A stretch of 64,000 nucleotides of DNA from Magallana gigas. Taxonomy: Eukaryota. Shown in pieces: positions 61,356 to 64,000 of the stretch (positions are counted from its first letter, which is position 1; the number at the start of each line of letters is the position of its first letter). The notes beneath the pieces are model-generated. The model was not told the DNA's origin and made no database searches. It worked only from the letters and a program-made list of their open reading frames with translations. The stretch is taken from positions 9,486,001-9,550,000 of the forward strand of contig NC_088858.1 in assembly GCF_963853765.1 (NCBI RefSeq), in the 5' to 3' direction. The position numbers and the translations under genes were made by a program.

Positions 61356-62878
61356 GACAATGCATGAATGCTTACCTCACATACAGTCAGGCACTGAATG
61401 CTTACCTTGCATATTGTTAGACTATGAAGGATTACCTCACATACAGTCAGATAATGAATGCATACCTGACATAAAGTCACTCAATGCATGCTTACCTCAC
61501 ATACAGTCGGACAATGAATTCTAACCTCACATATAGTCAGACAATGAATGCTTACCTCACATACGGTCAGACAATGAATGTGTACCTCACACACAGTCAG
61601 ACAATGAATGCTCACCTCACATACGGTCGGGCAATGAATGCTTACCTCACATACAGTCAAACAATGAATGCTTACCTCACATACAGTCAGACAATGAATG
61701 CTTACCTCACATACAGTCAGACAATGAATGTTTACCTTACATACAGTCAGACAATGAATGTTTACCTCACATACGGTCAGACACTGAGTGCTTACCTCAC
61801 ATACGGTCAGACACTGAATTTTTACATTGCATATTGTTAGGCTATGAAGGTTTACCTCCCATACAGTCAGATAATGAATTCTTACCTCACATAAAGACAG
61901 ATATCAATGCTTTAGTTACCTTACATATTCACGTAGTAATAAAATGAATGCTGAACTTCATACATTCAGGCTATGAATGCTGAACTAACATACAGTTAGA
62001 CAATGAATGCTGACCTCACATACAGTCAGAAAAGGAATGCTTACCTCACATACAGTAAGAAAATGAATGCTCAGAGTGTATCTCACATACAGTTAGACAA
62101 TGAATGCTTACCCCACATGGAGTCAGACAATGAATGCTAACCTCGCAAAAAACGGACATCAATGCTTACCTTACATACAGTTAGATAAGGAATGCTTACC
62201 TCACATACATTTAGACAATGTATGCTTTCCTCGCACATAGATAGATAATAAATGCTTACCTTACATACAGTTAGATAAGGAATGCTTACCTCACATACAT
62301 TTAGACAATGTATGCTTTCCTAGCACATAGATAGATAATAAATGCTTACCATACATACAGTTAGATAAGGAATGCTTACCTCACATACAGTCAGACAATG
62401 TAAGCTTACCTCACATACAGTCAGAAAATGAATGCTAAACTCTTATACAGTAAGATAACGAATACTTAACTCACATTAAGTAAGATAATGAATGCTTTAC
62501 TCACATACAGTTAAATAATGAATGCTTTCCTCACATACAGTCACATACATTCAGACAGTGAATATTTAACTCACATACAGTTAGATAATGAATTCTTTAC
62601 TCACATACAGTCAGACAATATATGTTTACCCCACATACAGTCAGGCAATTAAATGCTTATCTCACATACAGTCAGACAATGAATGCTTACCTCACATACA
62701 GTAAGACAATGAACGCTTACCTCACATACAGTCAGACAATGAATGCTTACCTCACATACTGTCAGATAATAAATGCTCGCCTACTCAGAAAATGAGTGCT
62801 TGCCTCATATACAATCAGACGATAGTTACTTGTCTTACATACAGTCAGACAATAATCCCTTGCCTCACATACAGTCAT
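61356..62878. repeat. 30-bp minisatellite, ~50 degenerate units
   Basis: Consensus ATGAATGCTTACCTCACATACAGTCAGACA. Confidence 0.95.
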
Positions 62879-64000
62879 CTTTTGATGCTGTCATTTTGGT
62901 TTAAATGTCAATCTCTCAAAAAAATCTTCAGAGTTTAAAAGGTAATTAAATATACCTGACTTTCTGAATAGAGAACATTGTGGGCATATAAGCTACATGA
63001 GGGATGAGGGTAAATGTAGAATGTGTTAGAAAAGATAAAAGAGAGTTCCTGACTGTAAGGAAACATTTTGTTTTGAAGTAAATTTTCTCAAAGCTGTTAT
63101 CACTTTATTGTATACAAATGCATTTGATTGTTCAACTTCAAATAAAAAAAAATAGACTGAACAACATAACGAGAAATACTTTGACTTCGTAGGAAATTAT
63201 TAGTCACCTAGATTTGAGATAATTGCTTGACCTCATACATTGTATTTTTTAATCCCCTTTTAATAGTGTGCATCTACGGCACGATAATCATTAATAAATC
63301 TAGAATATTGAAGCATATCAAATAACTAGCGCGTATCGGGCTTTAAATAAAATTTAAATCTGCAAAATCAAATAAAAAACTAATGAAAAATGAATAAACT
63401 GTTAATATTGACAGAGAACAGGAATGCCTTAGAATATGCCATTTTAATGTCACGCAACCATTAATAATCCGCTGAAATTTTTCATCGTTCAAATACACAA
63501 AAAGCCCCTAAACGGTGGATAGGGACGAAGATTGAGGCTTTTATATGGTTAGTTTTCCGATAAACATTTCATAAAAAAACGTAGTGAAATTTAATGTTTA
63601 TTTCAGATTGATATGACAGTTAAGTTTTGAGGGCAAATAACAAACGGCAGAAATTTATGAATGTTGAACAAATGATAGATTAGTATTGAAATATAGTGGC
63701 CTGTACTGTGAGCACTACTAATGATGAGAATAAAATTCTTGACAGTGCGTTAATATTTGGTGCTACTAGTGCAATTTTGTTTACGAAAATTAAAATATTT
63801 TGATACATGTAGATGTATATCGCGTCTCTATAGTATCTGACTATAAGTCTGTCATAAAATGGCCGATGTAACGTAACGTGAAAAACGTAAACACGAAACT
63901 CAAACCATACATCTTCCAAAACATCTAGAACTTAATTACTGTCTGTCTCTTAGATTAGCCTTTAGTAGCAGGACCTTTATATTGAATAACTTGTCGAATC

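Noticed and set aside
61484-61840. 118-aa repeat protein (MNAYLTYSQT)n as a real gene
   Set aside because: It is an expected by-product of a 30-bp unit. Frames break by stops and indels along the array, and no splice or expression evidence is available.

Overview
This is AT-rich eukaryotic invertebrate DNA with three N-gaps. A Cg170-like satellite remnant and typical HINE (Helentron-associated) elements point to an oyster (Crassostrea/Magallana-like); that assignment is inference. The first ~37 kb is an old tandem duplication (offset ~18-21 kb) of a two-gene, tail-to-tail module. One gene is a multi-exon Cys-less pentameric ligand-gated ion channel on the + strand (7 coding exons visible at 2670-8137, 5' end not seen). 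The other is a class A orphan peptide-type GPCR on the - strand with an intronless CDS. After duplication both GPCRs stayed intact (388 aa, ~95% identical, with a ~99% identical tract suggesting gene conversion). The second channel copy (22993-26806) is a decayed pseudogene. The remaining ~27 kb has no supportable gene. The whole window is dense in non-autonomous DNA elements: TA-TSD MITEs, TTAA/Kolobok-like, PIF-like, HINEs, and long-hairpin elements with a GAA-loop core. It also holds a 5'-truncated LINE, a palindromic satellite with loop inversions and a 30-bp minisatellite. All identity and difference counts are manual.
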